From IMG/VR virus record IMGVR_UViG_3300021399_000139: DNA of 64,000 nucleotides. One strand, given 5' to 3'. A program made the position numbers and the translations under genes. The notes under the pieces are model-generated. The model did no database searches. It had not been told where the DNA came from and saw only the letters and a program-made list of their open reading frames with translations. Position 1 is the first letter of the stretch; every line of letters starts with the position of its first letter. The DNA comes from an uncultured virus (IMG/VR IMGVR_UViG_3300021399_000139). Lineage: Duplodnaviria > Heunggongvirae > Uroviricota > Caudoviricetes. Positions 48,102 to 57,963 of this stretch are shown here, piece by piece.

Positions 48102-48399
48102 CTTCTATGTTTTCTTCATTTTCACTCTCATTCTGTGGTTTTCTACGGCCTATTCTCTTCATAAGTCGATCTTTAAACTCTTGCATGCCAGAGTCAATGT
48201 TCTTCTTTACTACTAGAATATATGTCAAAAAGATCCAGAATTCTGCTGCTAGCATCGAGACATATGTCTTAAGCAATAGATAGATGCTGACTGTAAACAA
48301 TACTTCAATGACAAACACAACTACCATTGATCTATTGAATGCCAATTCTATCTCTTCATCAGACTTGTTTGACCAAAACTTCTTGATTCGATCTTCCAT
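48079..48399 (-). CDS. Two-TM membrane protein
   Basis: Two hydrophobic segments. Confidence 0.65.
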   Translation of the reverse strand: MEDRIKKFWSNKSDEEIELAFNRSMVVVFVIEVLFTVSIYLLLKTYVSMLAAEFWIFLTYILVVKKNIDSGMQEFKDRLMKRIGRRKPQNESENEENIEDAKSDSN

Positions 48400-48464
48400 A
48401 TAGATATTTTACTCGCTTTTACATTGGCTAGAACAATGAAAACATCATCAGTGGTTTGCTAGCT

Positions 48465-48956
48465 TTAATTTTCATCTATGCCTACTAATTCTTTATCTAT
48501 ACCTGCTAGGTCTATATTGATCCTAAATGTGATATCATCAATGTCAGCAATTCCATAGAGAGGGTTGCCTATGCGCACTGACTCATGAGAATATGCTTTC
48601 TTCTCTCCAGCTAATAGTTTCATTTGAAACACAAATTCAATCGTTGGAATATATGTGTTTACTCTCCAAAACTCGCAGATAGACTCTTCGTTTCTCCAAG
48701 ATATTCCAAAGATTATTAGCCTAGATTTTCCAATAGCTAAATCATGTCTAGAACTCTTAAGGCATAGGTCAAAACTGTCCTTGCTTACAAGCACTCTTGC
48801 ATTCTTTAGATTTTTACTGTCTTTTGGAGATTCGTTTGGAACACATTCAAGAATAGTTGCATTGAAAATCTTACATAGCGCCTTAAGAGTTAGAATATTT
48901 GGCTCAACTTCAACAAAAGTGTAGCGTTCAGTCTCAATTCTTCTATTAGTCTTCAT
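48465..48956 (-). CDS. Hypothetical, DL-tag family
   Basis: NPLYGIADIDDITFRINIDL. Confidence 0.7.
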   Translation of the reverse strand: MKTNRRIETERYTFVEVEPNILTLKALCKIFNATILECVPNESPKDSKNLKNARVLVSKDSFDLCLKSSRHDLAIGKSRLIIFGISWRNEESICEFWRVNTYIPTIEFVFQMKLLAGEKKAYSHESVRIGNPLYGIADIDDITFRINIDLAGIDKELVGIDEN

Positions 48957-49069
48957 ATAACTTCTCTATTCTATTAGTCTTATGGAATAGCTTTAAGCGC
49001 TATTAAGTTTATCTCTCCTCAATGTCAATATATCAAAAACCATGAGAAATATTAATTTCTCATGGTCAT

Positions 49070-49124
49070 CAAGACTCAATTAGTTATCTATGAAAGATAA
49101 TTGTATTTGCTGTTGACGAGTCTT
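49070..49124 (-). ncRNA. Wrapper RNA W10
   Basis: AAGACUC-GUCAACAGCAA...GAGUCUUG. Confidence 0.7.
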
Positions 49125-49134
49125 AAGTTGTTTG

Positions 49135-49230
49135 TCATGCCACTGAATTAAAAGCGTCTTCAATTGGCTGATAACGAGGCACATTGATTGCATCCTTTAG
49201 GACTTCAAATGGGTCAAGCTTAGCGCTGAA
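49135..49230 (-). pseudogene. Orphaned alternative 3' end of the DUF2828 gene
   Basis: FSAKLDPFEVLKDAINVPRYQPIEDAFNSVA* vs MSNKTDPYEVLVEALNVERYQPVEDAIKNLI*. Confidence 0.85.
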
Positions 49231-49232
49231 TA

Positions 49233-50171
49233 TTATTTCTTCTTTTTATCTGTTCCAAAAACATAGCCCTAGTCTAAATATATCTAAAAATTCTATGGTT
49301 TTACATATTTATATTTTCCAGTGTTTGGATTTATCATTTTTCTAGTTGTTTTCATTTTTCCAATATTCCAACCATTAGCAATGTATTCATTTATTTTCAT
49401 AGGATGAACTTGCATTTCTTTAAATCCATTATTTATCCATTTATATCCTTTTGATGTTTGAAGCCCAGTACCTTTAATATATCCAAGATCTAGATATTTC
49501 TAAATTTCATCTTCAAAAACATAAACTTTATCTTTAGTATTAGGATTATATAACCATCTTTTACCATAACAGCCATTATTTTCAGCTGTTGTAGACTTAC
49601 TAATTTTTAATTTAATTTCTTGAGCTTTATTTTTACCAAATATTTCTTCAAATTTCTTTCCTTTTCGTCTTTTATTTTCTGCTCTAAATCCTTTAGTATG
49701 TTCAAAATCACCATACATTGCATTGTTTTTACCAGAACTAGCAATACTTAATTTCTTTAACCACTGTAGTCGTTGATCGCATGTTAAATTAGAAAGTCGT
49801 TGTGATTGTGATTTAGATAATTTGTCTAATGATTCTTGAGAATGCTATCCATTAAATCCACCTTCACGAAGATTATAGCTCATTGGATCATTAGGATAAC
49901 ATGCAGACAAAGGAACAAGCTCTTTCTCTTTGTTGTTCATGTCTTCAAAATTGTCAAAATCAAAAAGAATTTCTTTAGTAAAACAGCTTAAGTCATATTT
50001 CTTAAGTGCTTTAAGCATAAGTCTTCCAGATCCAAAATAAGTATCAAATGGATCATCAGTTACATGTTGTCCAATGTAGTGCTTTCCATTAATGATATTT
50101 GTTATTTTATAAATAAGAAAATGGGTCTACAAAGACTCATTTATGTTTTTTAATCCTATTATATTATTCAT
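49233..50171 (-). CDS. GIY-YIG (Seg-like) homing endonuclease, 312 aa with TAG=Gln
   Basis: LIYKITNIINGKHYIGQH, YFGSG, YNLREGG; 6 TAGs; AT-rich; GTAAATA at 50219. Confidence 0.88.
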
Positions 50172-50319
50172 ATGTAATTACCTTTATTTTTATAACGTTA
50201 TGTCAGTAACGTTATTATTATTTACTCTTATAATAATTATATTATACATAAAACAGTTAGGCGAAGAGCATATGAACTCTTCGCCAAATTGTCTGACAAC
50301 AATCTGTCCTGTTATAATC

Positions 50320-51894
50320 TTAAATAAGATTCTTTATTGCATCCTCAACAGGCTGATATCGTTCAACATTCAACGCTTCAACAAGAACTTCATATGGATC
50401 AGTCTTGTTTGACATAAGCATCTTGAACTGTGTCTGACTGAAGCCAGAACAAAGAACAACACCATTTTCATTCTGCTGAAGTGGAATAGTTCCAGTTCTA
50501 GAATTGACATTCCAGAATATGATTCGTGGAAACTTATATCCAGCCGCTTCCCATTTCTGACGAATTCTCTCAAACAATGCATTCTTTGAAGCAGAGTAGT
50601 CTGAAGGTCTGTTCCAATAAGAATATCCTCCACCAAAATCAATTGCAGAATTGAACTCCATGTCACTGATTATGCAAAGATCTGGAATGTCTTCTTGCTT
50701 AAGATGATTGCGAACAGACGTCTCAAGCATAAGATCCATTACTGCCTCAATGTTTGTGCTAGCACACTCATCATGCTGATAAGTGATGTTCAGCTTCTCA
50801 GCAAGAGACTTTGCATTGCTGAAGTCAACATACTGAGGATGATCAGAGAAAGTAATGTACTTGTTTTTGAATGGACCAGTCAAATGCTCAGAACAATAGA
50901 TTCCAAGCGCATTGCAGACCTCAAGTGCTGTCATTTTAGAATGTGGATCAACTTGTGTTGTCATGCTTCCACTTCCATCGCAACAGCAAATAAGACTACC
51001 ATTAATCTTTACTTCAGGCAATGCCTTCCACATAGCTTCAAGCGCAGCATCAGCAGTGATTTGAGAACGACGCCAACCAAAATTGCCATTCTTGCTGTAT
51101 GCATGGACGATGTCGCATGGGAAGTTTGCTGAAGAGTTGATCTTAGCTTCACCATTCTTCAAGGCATCAAGAAATGCGCGGCGGCGGGTCTCATCATTAC
51201 GGAGAAATGCAGCATTGTACTTGATGTTTGCCTTCGAAGGAACAGCTTCATAGTCAATCTCACTCCACTGCTTTGCAGACATCTTGACCTCAATGACCTT
51301 CAAGTAAGCACGAAGCTTTGCCAAAGTCTTGCGGTACTGCCTGTCGGTCATCTCAAGTGCAGATGCAAGCTTGTGAGCAAGTGCACGAGATGCAGCAGAA
51401 GAAGTGTTGATTGAGGGAAGCCACTTTGCCAAAAGTGTCACTGGCTTGCCTTCATCATATGCCTGAAGATCTGCAGTGAGCTTGTCACCGATGTATCCAA
51501 CAACATCATTCCACAGAGAAGTTCCATCAAGAACAAAGAGATCATCCTCACGTCCATATTCTGCAACAAGAGGAATAAGCTTCTTCACAAGCTCTGGACG
51601 AGTGTTAGCAAGCCACTTAAAGCAGATGCGGAAAGAACGACGCTCGCCCATGCCGTTGCCGCGGATGTCGCGAAGCATGAACATCCACTTAAGAGCAAGA
51701 AGAGCATTGAAGTAGAATGCATCTGAGAACATCTTCTCAACTTCTGAGTCAGACTTACTGCGAAGTGAAGACACTGCAAAGTTGATGTCAAGAAGTGGAT
51801 TTCCTGCTGTCTTGAATCCTACAGCTCCATTCTCGGTCACCGAGACTTCGTCATTCATTGTTGCCTTAAGGGCACTCTCGAACTTACTAGACAT
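50320..51894 (-). CDS. DUF2828 helical domain + vWA protein (Ro60/TROVE-like architecture)
   Basis: TENGA, RDIRG..GER, YGREDDL, AKWLPS, DGSGSM MIDAS, ISDMEF, IFWNV. Confidence 0.8.
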   Translation of the reverse strand: MSSKFESALKATMNDEVSVTENGAVGFKTAGNPLLDINFAVSSLRSKSDSEVEKMFSDAFYFNALLALKWMFMLRDIRGNGMGERRSFRICFKWLANTRPELVKKLIPLVAEYGREDDLFVLDGTSLWNDVVGYIGDKLTADLQAYDEGKPVTLLAKWLPSINTSSAASRALAHKLASALEMTDRQYRKTLAKLRAYLKVIEVKMSAKQWSEIDYEAVPSKANIKYNAAFLRNDETRRRAFLDALKNGEAKINSSANFPCDIVHAYSKNGNFGWRRSQITADAALEAMWKALPEVKINGSLICCCDGSGSMTTQVDPHSKMTALEVCNALGIYCSEHLTGPFKNKYITFSDHPQYVDFSNAKSLAEKLNITYQHDECASTNIEAVMDLMLETSVRNHLKQEDIPDLCIISDMEFNSAIDFGGGYSYWNRPSDYSASKNALFERIRQKWEAAGYKFPRIIFWNVNSRTGTIPLQQNENGVVLCSGFSQTQFKMLMSNKTDPYEVLVEALNVERYQPVEDAIKNLI

Positions 51895-51988
51895 ATTTGT
51901 TTTTCCTTTATTTTGCTGTCAATGTCATTTAAAATATACTTAAATTTTGGCAAAAAGCCTAAAGTACTGCTCTAGGCTTTTAGCATCA

Positions 51989-52261
51989 TCAAGCATTTTC
52001 AAGCGGCAGCCAAATCTGACAATAGTAGACTTCACGTCCAAACTTCTTGTACAGAAGATTGTAAGTGAACTGCTCAATGATGTCATTGAAGCTGTTCTTG
52101 TTCTTGTTTGCCTGCTGCAGGACAGTAGGTGGAACATCAAGAGAAATCTGGTCAGGCAGATCGGCCTGTGCAATCTTCTTTGCTGCTCCGTTATGGACCT
52201 TTGTCCCGTACTTGATGTTGCATACTAGAATCTGGTATGCTGTTGACTCATTTGCTTCCAT
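51989..52261 (-). CDS. Hypothetical protein
   Basis: AAGGA RBS. Confidence 0.65.
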   Translation of the reverse strand: MEANESTAYQILVCNIKYGTKVHNGAAKKIAQADLPDQISLDVPPTVLQQANKNKNSFNDIIEQFTYNLLYKKFGREVYYCQIWLPLENA

Positions 52262-52390
52262 TTATTTCCTTAATTGGATGCAAGCTTAGATCTAGTTTCA
52301 AGTCTAGCTACTGCTAGATTCTTGCACAGTAAAGACTAAGCACTCCTTACTGTTGAATGCATTATATCAAATTTATGTGCTTTGTAAACT

Positions 52391-52933
52391 TCAAATTTTG
52401 AAAAGCTTGACATTTTTTCTCTTAAGCGTGGCAAGAACGGTGTTGGCTTTAGCTCTAGGCAAGTCTAGACTTTTAAGCTTCTTGTTGTTGTAGACTACAA
52501 TGCTTATGTTGCCAGATTCTTCTTTATGGACAATTGCATATGCTGCAGATGCAAATGGCAGCAGCTTCTCTTCATAGCTCTTTGGGTCGAGGGCATCGCC
52601 TTGGACAATGTTGCAAGGAGGGACGCCAAGCTTAGAAAGACGGAGCTGGGCGACTTTGTGCACTACTGGATCTAGCTCAATGCCATAGCACTTGCTTGGG
52701 TCTGCGCCTGCTATTATTGCAGCGGCAATGAGATTTCCTGCGCCAAGGCAAGGGTCAAGGACATTGCCATCAAGACTCTCAAACTTTTCAAGCATCTTGA
52801 TCGTGAGTTGAGGAGGGGTCGCAAACTGGCCAAGCTTTTGGCGCTCTTCTTTTGTCTTGCCTGCCCAGAGCTTGTCTTTCCAGTTGTCATATTCAGCTTG
52901 GATCTCTGCTTTTATGTTGTCACTTATTATCAC
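52391..52933 (-). CDS. N6-adenine MTase SAM-binding half
   Basis: GQFATPP, LDPCLGAGNL, GIELD, GDAL; no NPPY. Confidence 0.85.
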   Translation of the reverse strand: MIISDNIKAEIQAEYDNWKDKLWAGKTKEERQKLGQFATPPQLTIKMLEKFESLDGNVLDPCLGAGNLIAAAIIAGADPSKCYGIELDPVVHKVAQLRLSKLGVPPCNIVQGDALDPKSYEEKLLPFASAAYAIVHKEESGNISIVVYNNKKLKSLDLPRAKANTVLATLKRKNVKLFKI

Positions 52934-52954
52934 ATCGTTTTACCTTTAATATTT

Positions 52955-53389
52955 TTATTTCCAAATACTAATTATATATGATTTAAGACAGAATCCATTT
53001 GTTATTTTATCAAAGAAAATCTTAATAACTGGAATTATTGGAATAGCATAACATAATATAAATTTTGCCCAATTAAAATTATCACGTGCTTCTTTCTTTG
53101 TTATTTTAATTGGTGCTACCCATGATTGATATTCTTTTAATTTATCTTTTGCTTTTTGACTATTTTTATCTGGAATATTCTTCCATTCATTCCATAATGT
53201 TTTAACATATTCTTGTATATCACTATTTTGTTGATATTGTTTAAATCGTATAATACGTTTATTTTCTTCAATAGTTGAATCTTCAATTAAATCTTCAATA
53301 TATCTATCATATTGTTTATTAAACCACCAACCAATTATAGCATAAATAATAATTGAACTATCATTAAATAGTAATTTAGTTATTTCCAT
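52955..53389 (-). CDS. AT-rich membrane protein
   Basis: Two hydrophobic segments, very low GC. Confidence 0.6.
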   Translation of the reverse strand: MEITKLLFNDSSIIIYAIIGWWFNKQYDRYIEDLIEDSTIEENKRIIRFKQYQQNSDIQEYVKTLWNEWKNIPDKNSQKAKDKLKEYQSWVAPIKITKKEARDNFNWAKFILCYAIPIIPVIKIFFDKITNGFCLKSYIISIWK

Positions 53390-53391
53390 TT

Positions 53392-54531
53392 TTATTTCTC
53401 CATTGTCTCTTCAATAACTTTCTGCTTTTCTGGAGTTATGTTGAAGAACTGGTACAAGTCAGCATCTGTCCATTCGCCAGTATAACCCTTAAGGGCAGTG
53501 CGAGGGTTGATGACATCACCAAGGAAAGGCAAGAATCTAAGCGGAATATTCTGATCAAAAAGAAATCGCTTGCTAAGCCACTTACAGAATGTTGTCTTCC
53601 AACTATCATAAAAGTTTTGAGCTTCTACTTCTGTTGCAAACTTTATACTGATTGGAATTGGAATACCTTCTTCTTTCTCATAGCCACCATTATTCTTGCA
53701 CTTAGTCCAGTCTTTTCCATCTTTCATTCCATCAACTACATAAGCAATATCTTTGTAGATTGGCAATGTCCCACGATTTCCGGCAATAAAAGCAATTGGC
53801 ACACGTATTCCATCACGTTTGTTGTTTTCACATTTGTCTTCAATATGTGTCTTCAATGCATAGACTTTATCAAACACTTCAACTTCCCAATCTTCAAAAT
53901 TCCTCTTCCAGAAATTCTTGCTGTCAATGCCTTTTGCATTCTTCTTGCATACATATATTCCAAGATTTGCAAATAAACCAGTGCTGAACAACTGATTTGC
54001 AGTGTCTTTGTCAACAACATTAAGTTGTTCACATTTATGGACAATACTGTTATCAAACTTAAAGAGATTTGACTTAGACTTCATATGAGCATGCGGATCT
54101 TCTAGCCATAGAATCGGACTCAAGTTCACACATACGCTCTTCTCGTCCTTCAAATACTTGATCGCTTCAGCAAGGATCTTCAAGTGCAAGTTCCGCTGAT
54201 ATGGTGGGTTCATTACTATGCAGTCAAACTTCATATTAGTCTTTTCAAAGTCAAATTCTTTTATATATTTTACATCTATAGCTTTGTCTAAGACAACCTG
54301 CAAAGCATTGTTCACAGCATCATTTGACACGACAACATAGTGTGCCTTGCTGTTCATATTTACAATCTTGTAGATGCAAGACAAGCTGTCAATCTTGTAG
54401 AGCAAGACAATACTGTCCTGGTCAAGATTTCTAGGAACGTGCTTCTCAAAGAGCTTGAAGTATGCATTTCCATTAGCATGCATCTTAGATGCTGCAATCT
54501 GGAAGCTAGATATGTCGATTTTGTCTGTCAT
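53392..54531 (-). CDS. N6-adenine MTase catalytic/TRD half (Eco57I-like)
   Basis: FDCIVMNPPY; C-terminus WTDADLYQFFNIT. Confidence 0.8.
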   Translation of the reverse strand: MTDKIDISSFQIAASKMHANGNAYFKLFEKHVPRNLDQDSIVLLYKIDSLSCIYKIVNMNSKAHYVVVSNDAVNNALQVVLDKAIDVKYIKEFDFEKTNMKFDCIVMNPPYQRNLHLKILAEAIKYLKDEKSVCVNLSPILWLEDPHAHMKSKSNLFKFDNSIVHKCEQLNVVDKDTANQLFSTGLFANLGIYVCKKNAKGIDSKNFWKRNFEDWEVEVFDKVYALKTHIEDKCENNKRDGIRVPIAFIAGNRGTLPIYKDIAYVVDGMKDGKDWTKCKNNGGYEKEEGIPIPISIKFATEVEAQNFYDSWKTTFCKWLSKRFLFDQNIPLRFLPFLGDVINPRTALKGYTGEWTDADLYQFFNITPEKQKVIEETMEK

Positions 54532-54575
54532 AGATGTAAACAATTATATCAATGTCTCTAGACTTTGTTAATTCG

Positions 54576-55913
54576 TCAATCTCCAAAACTGTCAATGATC
54601 TTCTCACTAAGATGACTGTTCAAGAACTCAGCCATCTCTGCATCTTGGACAACATACAAGAATGCGGATTTCCTGTCTTTGCGCCAGAGCAGCTTGAACA
54701 CGTCATTATCAAGCTGCTTCATGATCCAGTCTCTGAACCGTAGCATCATCTCTTTTGGGTCATCTCTTGTAGCTTTTCCAGCCCAGACTTCTACCATCCC
54801 TTCAGACTTCTTCTTCTCAATCAAGCTCTTGAACTCTTCTGCGTCAGGAATGCCATTGCCGTCATTGTCTTCAAGCTCGTCAAAGAAGCTGTCAAAGCAT
54901 GCTGTCAAGACTTTCTTCTTAGCAGTATTCAGCACTTCAATGATCTCAGGGCTGACAGCATCGAGTGCATTCCAGCTTGGCTTCTGCAGCTTAGCTGAGT
55001 CTTCTTCATCTAGAACACCAGGAGAAGACCCTTCATTTATGTCAAGCTTGTCGCCCCAGCTGAAGCATGAGCTTGTCAAGTCGTAGTTGCTCAGGCCTAC
55101 GATCAAGTTGGTCAACGTCCTCAAGTTGTCATTGATGACATACACATTCGCTGTGCCATCATCTACTTTGCTGAATGTCTTCTCAACTTGAGTCTCTACA
55201 ACTTTGGTCTTCTTGAACAGCTTGTTGAAGAAGCCATCTAGCTTCTCTTCATGCTTCTCAACAACAGTCTTCTTGACATAGAAGTTCCTGAGGACGCGGC
55301 CAATCTGCTGCATGGCGGTCTTGTCGCAGTTAGAAGCTGTCACAACCGCGTTGAATGACTTGACGTTTATCCCTTCGCCAATCATCTGGACTTGGAACAC
55401 GACTACAGGCAGATTGTCTTCTTGCTTGTCTATGTTTGATATTGCATTGTAGGCTTCTTCAGCTTCTACAGCTTTTCCATCAATCTCTGCGCACAGGTCT
55501 CTGACAGTGCCAGAATTGTCATGGACGGTCTTTCTAGAGTGGATAGATATCAGGTGGAACAGCTTTCCAACATTGTCTTTGAACCAAGGAACTTCTCTGA
55601 GGTTTGCTACGTCGTCAATTGACTTGCAGTTGACAAGAATAGTCGGCTTGAACAGCTTGCCATTGCTCTCATATGTCTTCAGCTCGCGGTAGAACACGGC
55701 TTTGACTGCTGCTGGCCAGTCAGCGTCACTGCAGTTGACAAGATTCAAGACAGGCTTGCAGATCCAGCCATTCTCCATTGCAAGCTTAGGAGAGCACTTG
55801 CACTCATTCTTCCTGTTCTTAGCTGTCATCTCACGCTGCACCCAGTCAGGAGTGCCAGACATAGTGATGACATTCTTGAAAAGATGAGCTATGTTCTTGT
55901 CTTGCTTTCTCAT
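54576..55913 (-). CDS. SF2 helicase C-terminal half
   Basis: MSGTP (III), MIGEGINV (V), QQIGRVLR (VI). Confidence 0.8.
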   Translation of the reverse strand: MRKQDKNIAHLFKNVITMSGTPDWVQREMTAKNRKNECKCSPKLAMENGWICKPVLNLVNCSDADWPAAVKAVFYRELKTYESNGKLFKPTILVNCKSIDDVANLREVPWFKDNVGKLFHLISIHSRKTVHDNSGTVRDLCAEIDGKAVEAEEAYNAISNIDKQEDNLPVVVFQVQMIGEGINVKSFNAVVTASNCDKTAMQQIGRVLRNFYVKKTVVEKHEEKLDGFFNKLFKKTKVVETQVEKTFSKVDDGTANVYVINDNLRTLTNLIVGLSNYDLTSSCFSWGDKLDINEGSSPGVLDEEDSAKLQKPSWNALDAVSPEIIEVLNTAKKKVLTACFDSFFDELEDNDGNGIPDAEEFKSLIEKKKSEGMVEVWAGKATRDDPKEMMLRFRDWIMKQLDNDVFKLLWRKDRKSAFLYVVQDAEMAEFLNSHLSEKIIDSFGD

Positions 55914-55956
55914 AGTAAGTCCTTTTGATGTTGACAAGACAATTATATCAAAAAGC

Positions 55957-56697
55957 CTAGATTTTGTTAACAGCTTCAGCTACTTCAGCAAACATCATCC
56001 ATTTTGCCGATTCTCTAGTCTTAGTAGATCCTGTTATTCGCTTACTGTCTAGCCACTTTGGCCCTAAGAACACAACTGAGCCTTTGAACCTGTCATCTAA
56101 GCAGCTTTCAGCTTCAGAAGTTGATATGATGTACTGGCAAGGAGATGTCATGTCTAGATTAGGCATTTGGTCTCGGCGCAGCCAAAGGTCAGACTGAGCA
56201 GCTGCCTTCAAGAAGACTTCTAGGCTAACTTTGTTGAACTTGCTGTAGTTCTTCACTTGGATTCCAACAAGCATGCCGTTGCGCTTAGCTGTTGCGTCAA
56301 AGAACTCTTCTCTTGTTGGGTCAACAGGGTCATATGTCCCAGGCTTGATGAAGTCTAGCAGTCCATTCTCAGCAAGCATCTCAACTAGCATCTCACCTAG
56401 ATTGCCACGGAACTTGGTGGTGACGCGGTTGACACTTGCCTCATCTACATCAATATGGCTGCCGTGGCATGCATTAGACACGGCATTCTGCACAGATCTG
56501 CATGCATCATCGCATATAGGCTGCCAGACGTTGTCTACAAATGAGTTGACTTTTGCATTCTTCAGTAGATTTGCGCAGTCTTCAAATACTGCAGCATAGT
56601 GTGACTTCAAGAACATCTCATCTCCACCTACAGCAGAGACATAGATGTTAGACATGTTCTCATTACGCTTCCAAGCTACTAAGTCTAGCGTTTTCAT
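55957..56697 (-). CDS. PD-(D/E)XK (Mrr-like) endonuclease
   Basis: GNLGE...FFDAT...GIQVK. Confidence 0.6.
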   Translation of the reverse strand: MKTLDLVAWKRNENMSNIYVSAVGGDEMFLKSHYAAVFEDCANLLKNAKVNSFVDNVWQPICDDACRSVQNAVSNACHGSHIDVDEASVNRVTTKFRGNLGEMLVEMLAENGLLDFIKPGTYDPVDPTREEFFDATAKRNGMLVGIQVKNYSKFNKVSLEVFLKAAAQSDLWLRRDQMPNLDMTSPCQYIISTSEAESCLDDRFKGSVVFLGPKWLDSKRITGSTKTRESAKWMMFAEVAEAVNKI

Positions 56698-57233
56698 TAA
56701 GCTGCTCCTTCACCATAGATTTTGCCACGATTCACAGTGAAGTTGTGAGCTTCGTCAAACACAGCATTTCCAAGAAGATATCCCTTTTCTTCAGTGAGCT
56801 TGCTCAGAAACTGCATCCACTTGCTCCATCTACGCTCTGTACCATCTTGCTCAACTCCCCACAAGCTCTCATCACAGACAACAAACACTGCGTGCTGGCT
56901 TGAGAATGTCTTGCTCTTCAAGTCAAGGTCATGCTGCGTGCAGTCCTTGCGGATGATGTCAAAGTCTCTGCCATTCTTCAAGTTGAACTCAGCCTCAAGA
57001 AAGCTTGCAATCTCTTCGGCCTGCTGGGCGCAGAGCCGAATTCTTGGAGTGACAAACATCTGAGCAGTCTTTGATGACCTGTTCTTCATGATGAAGTCAC
57101 CAATCGCATAAGCTGCTACATTTGTCTTGCCAGACCCTACGCACGCATTCACTGGAATGATATTGTGCTGAGTGTTTGCATTGCACCGCCCAACAACTTC
57201 AAATGCATTTTTCTGCCAGCTTCTGTGTTCCAT
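56697..57233 (-). CDS. SF2 helicase N-terminal half
   Basis: RSWQ, VGSGKT (I), TPRIRL (Ia), FDEAH (II). Confidence 0.85.
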   Translation of the reverse strand: MEHRSWQKNAFEVVGRCNANTQHNIIPVNACVGSGKTNVAAYAIGDFIMKNRSSKTAQMFVTPRIRLCAQQAEEIASFLEAEFNLKNGRDFDIIRKDCTQHDLDLKSKTFSSQHAVFVVCDESLWGVEQDGTERRWSKWMQFLSKLTEEKGYLLGNAVFDEAHNFTVNRGKIYGEGAA

Positions 57234-57306
57234 ACTGTGCCTTTAAAATAGTTTAACTACGTCAACAATTATATCAAAAAGCCTAGAGTCTGTTAACTCC
57301 AGGCAA

Positions 57307-57933
57307 TCACTTGAAAAATGCCATCTTGCCATTTATTTGTCTTTTGCACCTAAATAGCTCGTCTGGCCTTTTCTTGAACAATTTGTTTAGATAATCTATT
57401 AGTTCGTCATCTGACACTATCTTGAAGTCCCATACCATACAGCCCATATTTATGTTCAAGATACGGTGGTCAAGGTCAAGACAATGCCGCCAACAGCCGT
57501 GGATATGCCCGCAGAGATGTATAGGTGATGTCAAACATGATGGATCTATTTTTTTGTCATACGTTGGGTAGTGAGAAAGAGATACAGATGGATATCTCTT
57601 GCTCAAATATATGTGCATTGAGTCGCAGATAGACCTGACTTTGTTGTTCAAGTCATGGTTGCCACGGATGTTGATGAATGTTGCTGGTATGTCTTTCAGC
57701 AATTCACTTGGCTTTATGTCTAGACCTTTACTGTTTATTCTATAGTGGCAGTCATTGCCATATTGAGCAACATCTCCCAAATGATAGATGGTGTCTTCAG
57801 GCTTAGTACGTTGTTTACAAGAGCAGATCAATGCCTGGTCATGCTTCTCAATAGACTCAAATGGCCATTTTTCTATTGCCATTAAGCCAGTCGCACCAAG
57901 ATGAAAATCACTAGAGAAAAACTTATGCCCCAT
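57307..57933 (-). CDS. Calcineurin-like metallophosphoesterase
   Basis: SDFHLG, LGD, GNHD, GHIH. Confidence 0.88.
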   Translation of the reverse strand: MGHKFFSSDFHLGATGLMAIEKWPFESIEKHDQALICSCKQRTKPEDTIYHLGDVAQYGNDCHYRINSKGLDIKPSELLKDIPATFINIRGNHDLNNKVRSICDSMHIYLSKRYPSVSLSHYPTYDKKIDPSCLTSPIHLCGHIHGCWRHCLDLDHRILNINMGCMVWDFKIVSDDELIDYLNKLFKKRPDELFRCKRQINGKMAFFK

Positions 57934-57963
57934 TCATAGAATATCATACTCTCAAAAAGGCAA

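Noticed and set aside
38906..49124. CRISPR array
   Set aside because: The repeats are paired ends of variable-length structured units interspersed with tRNAs, not regular repeat-spacer units, and no cas genes are present.
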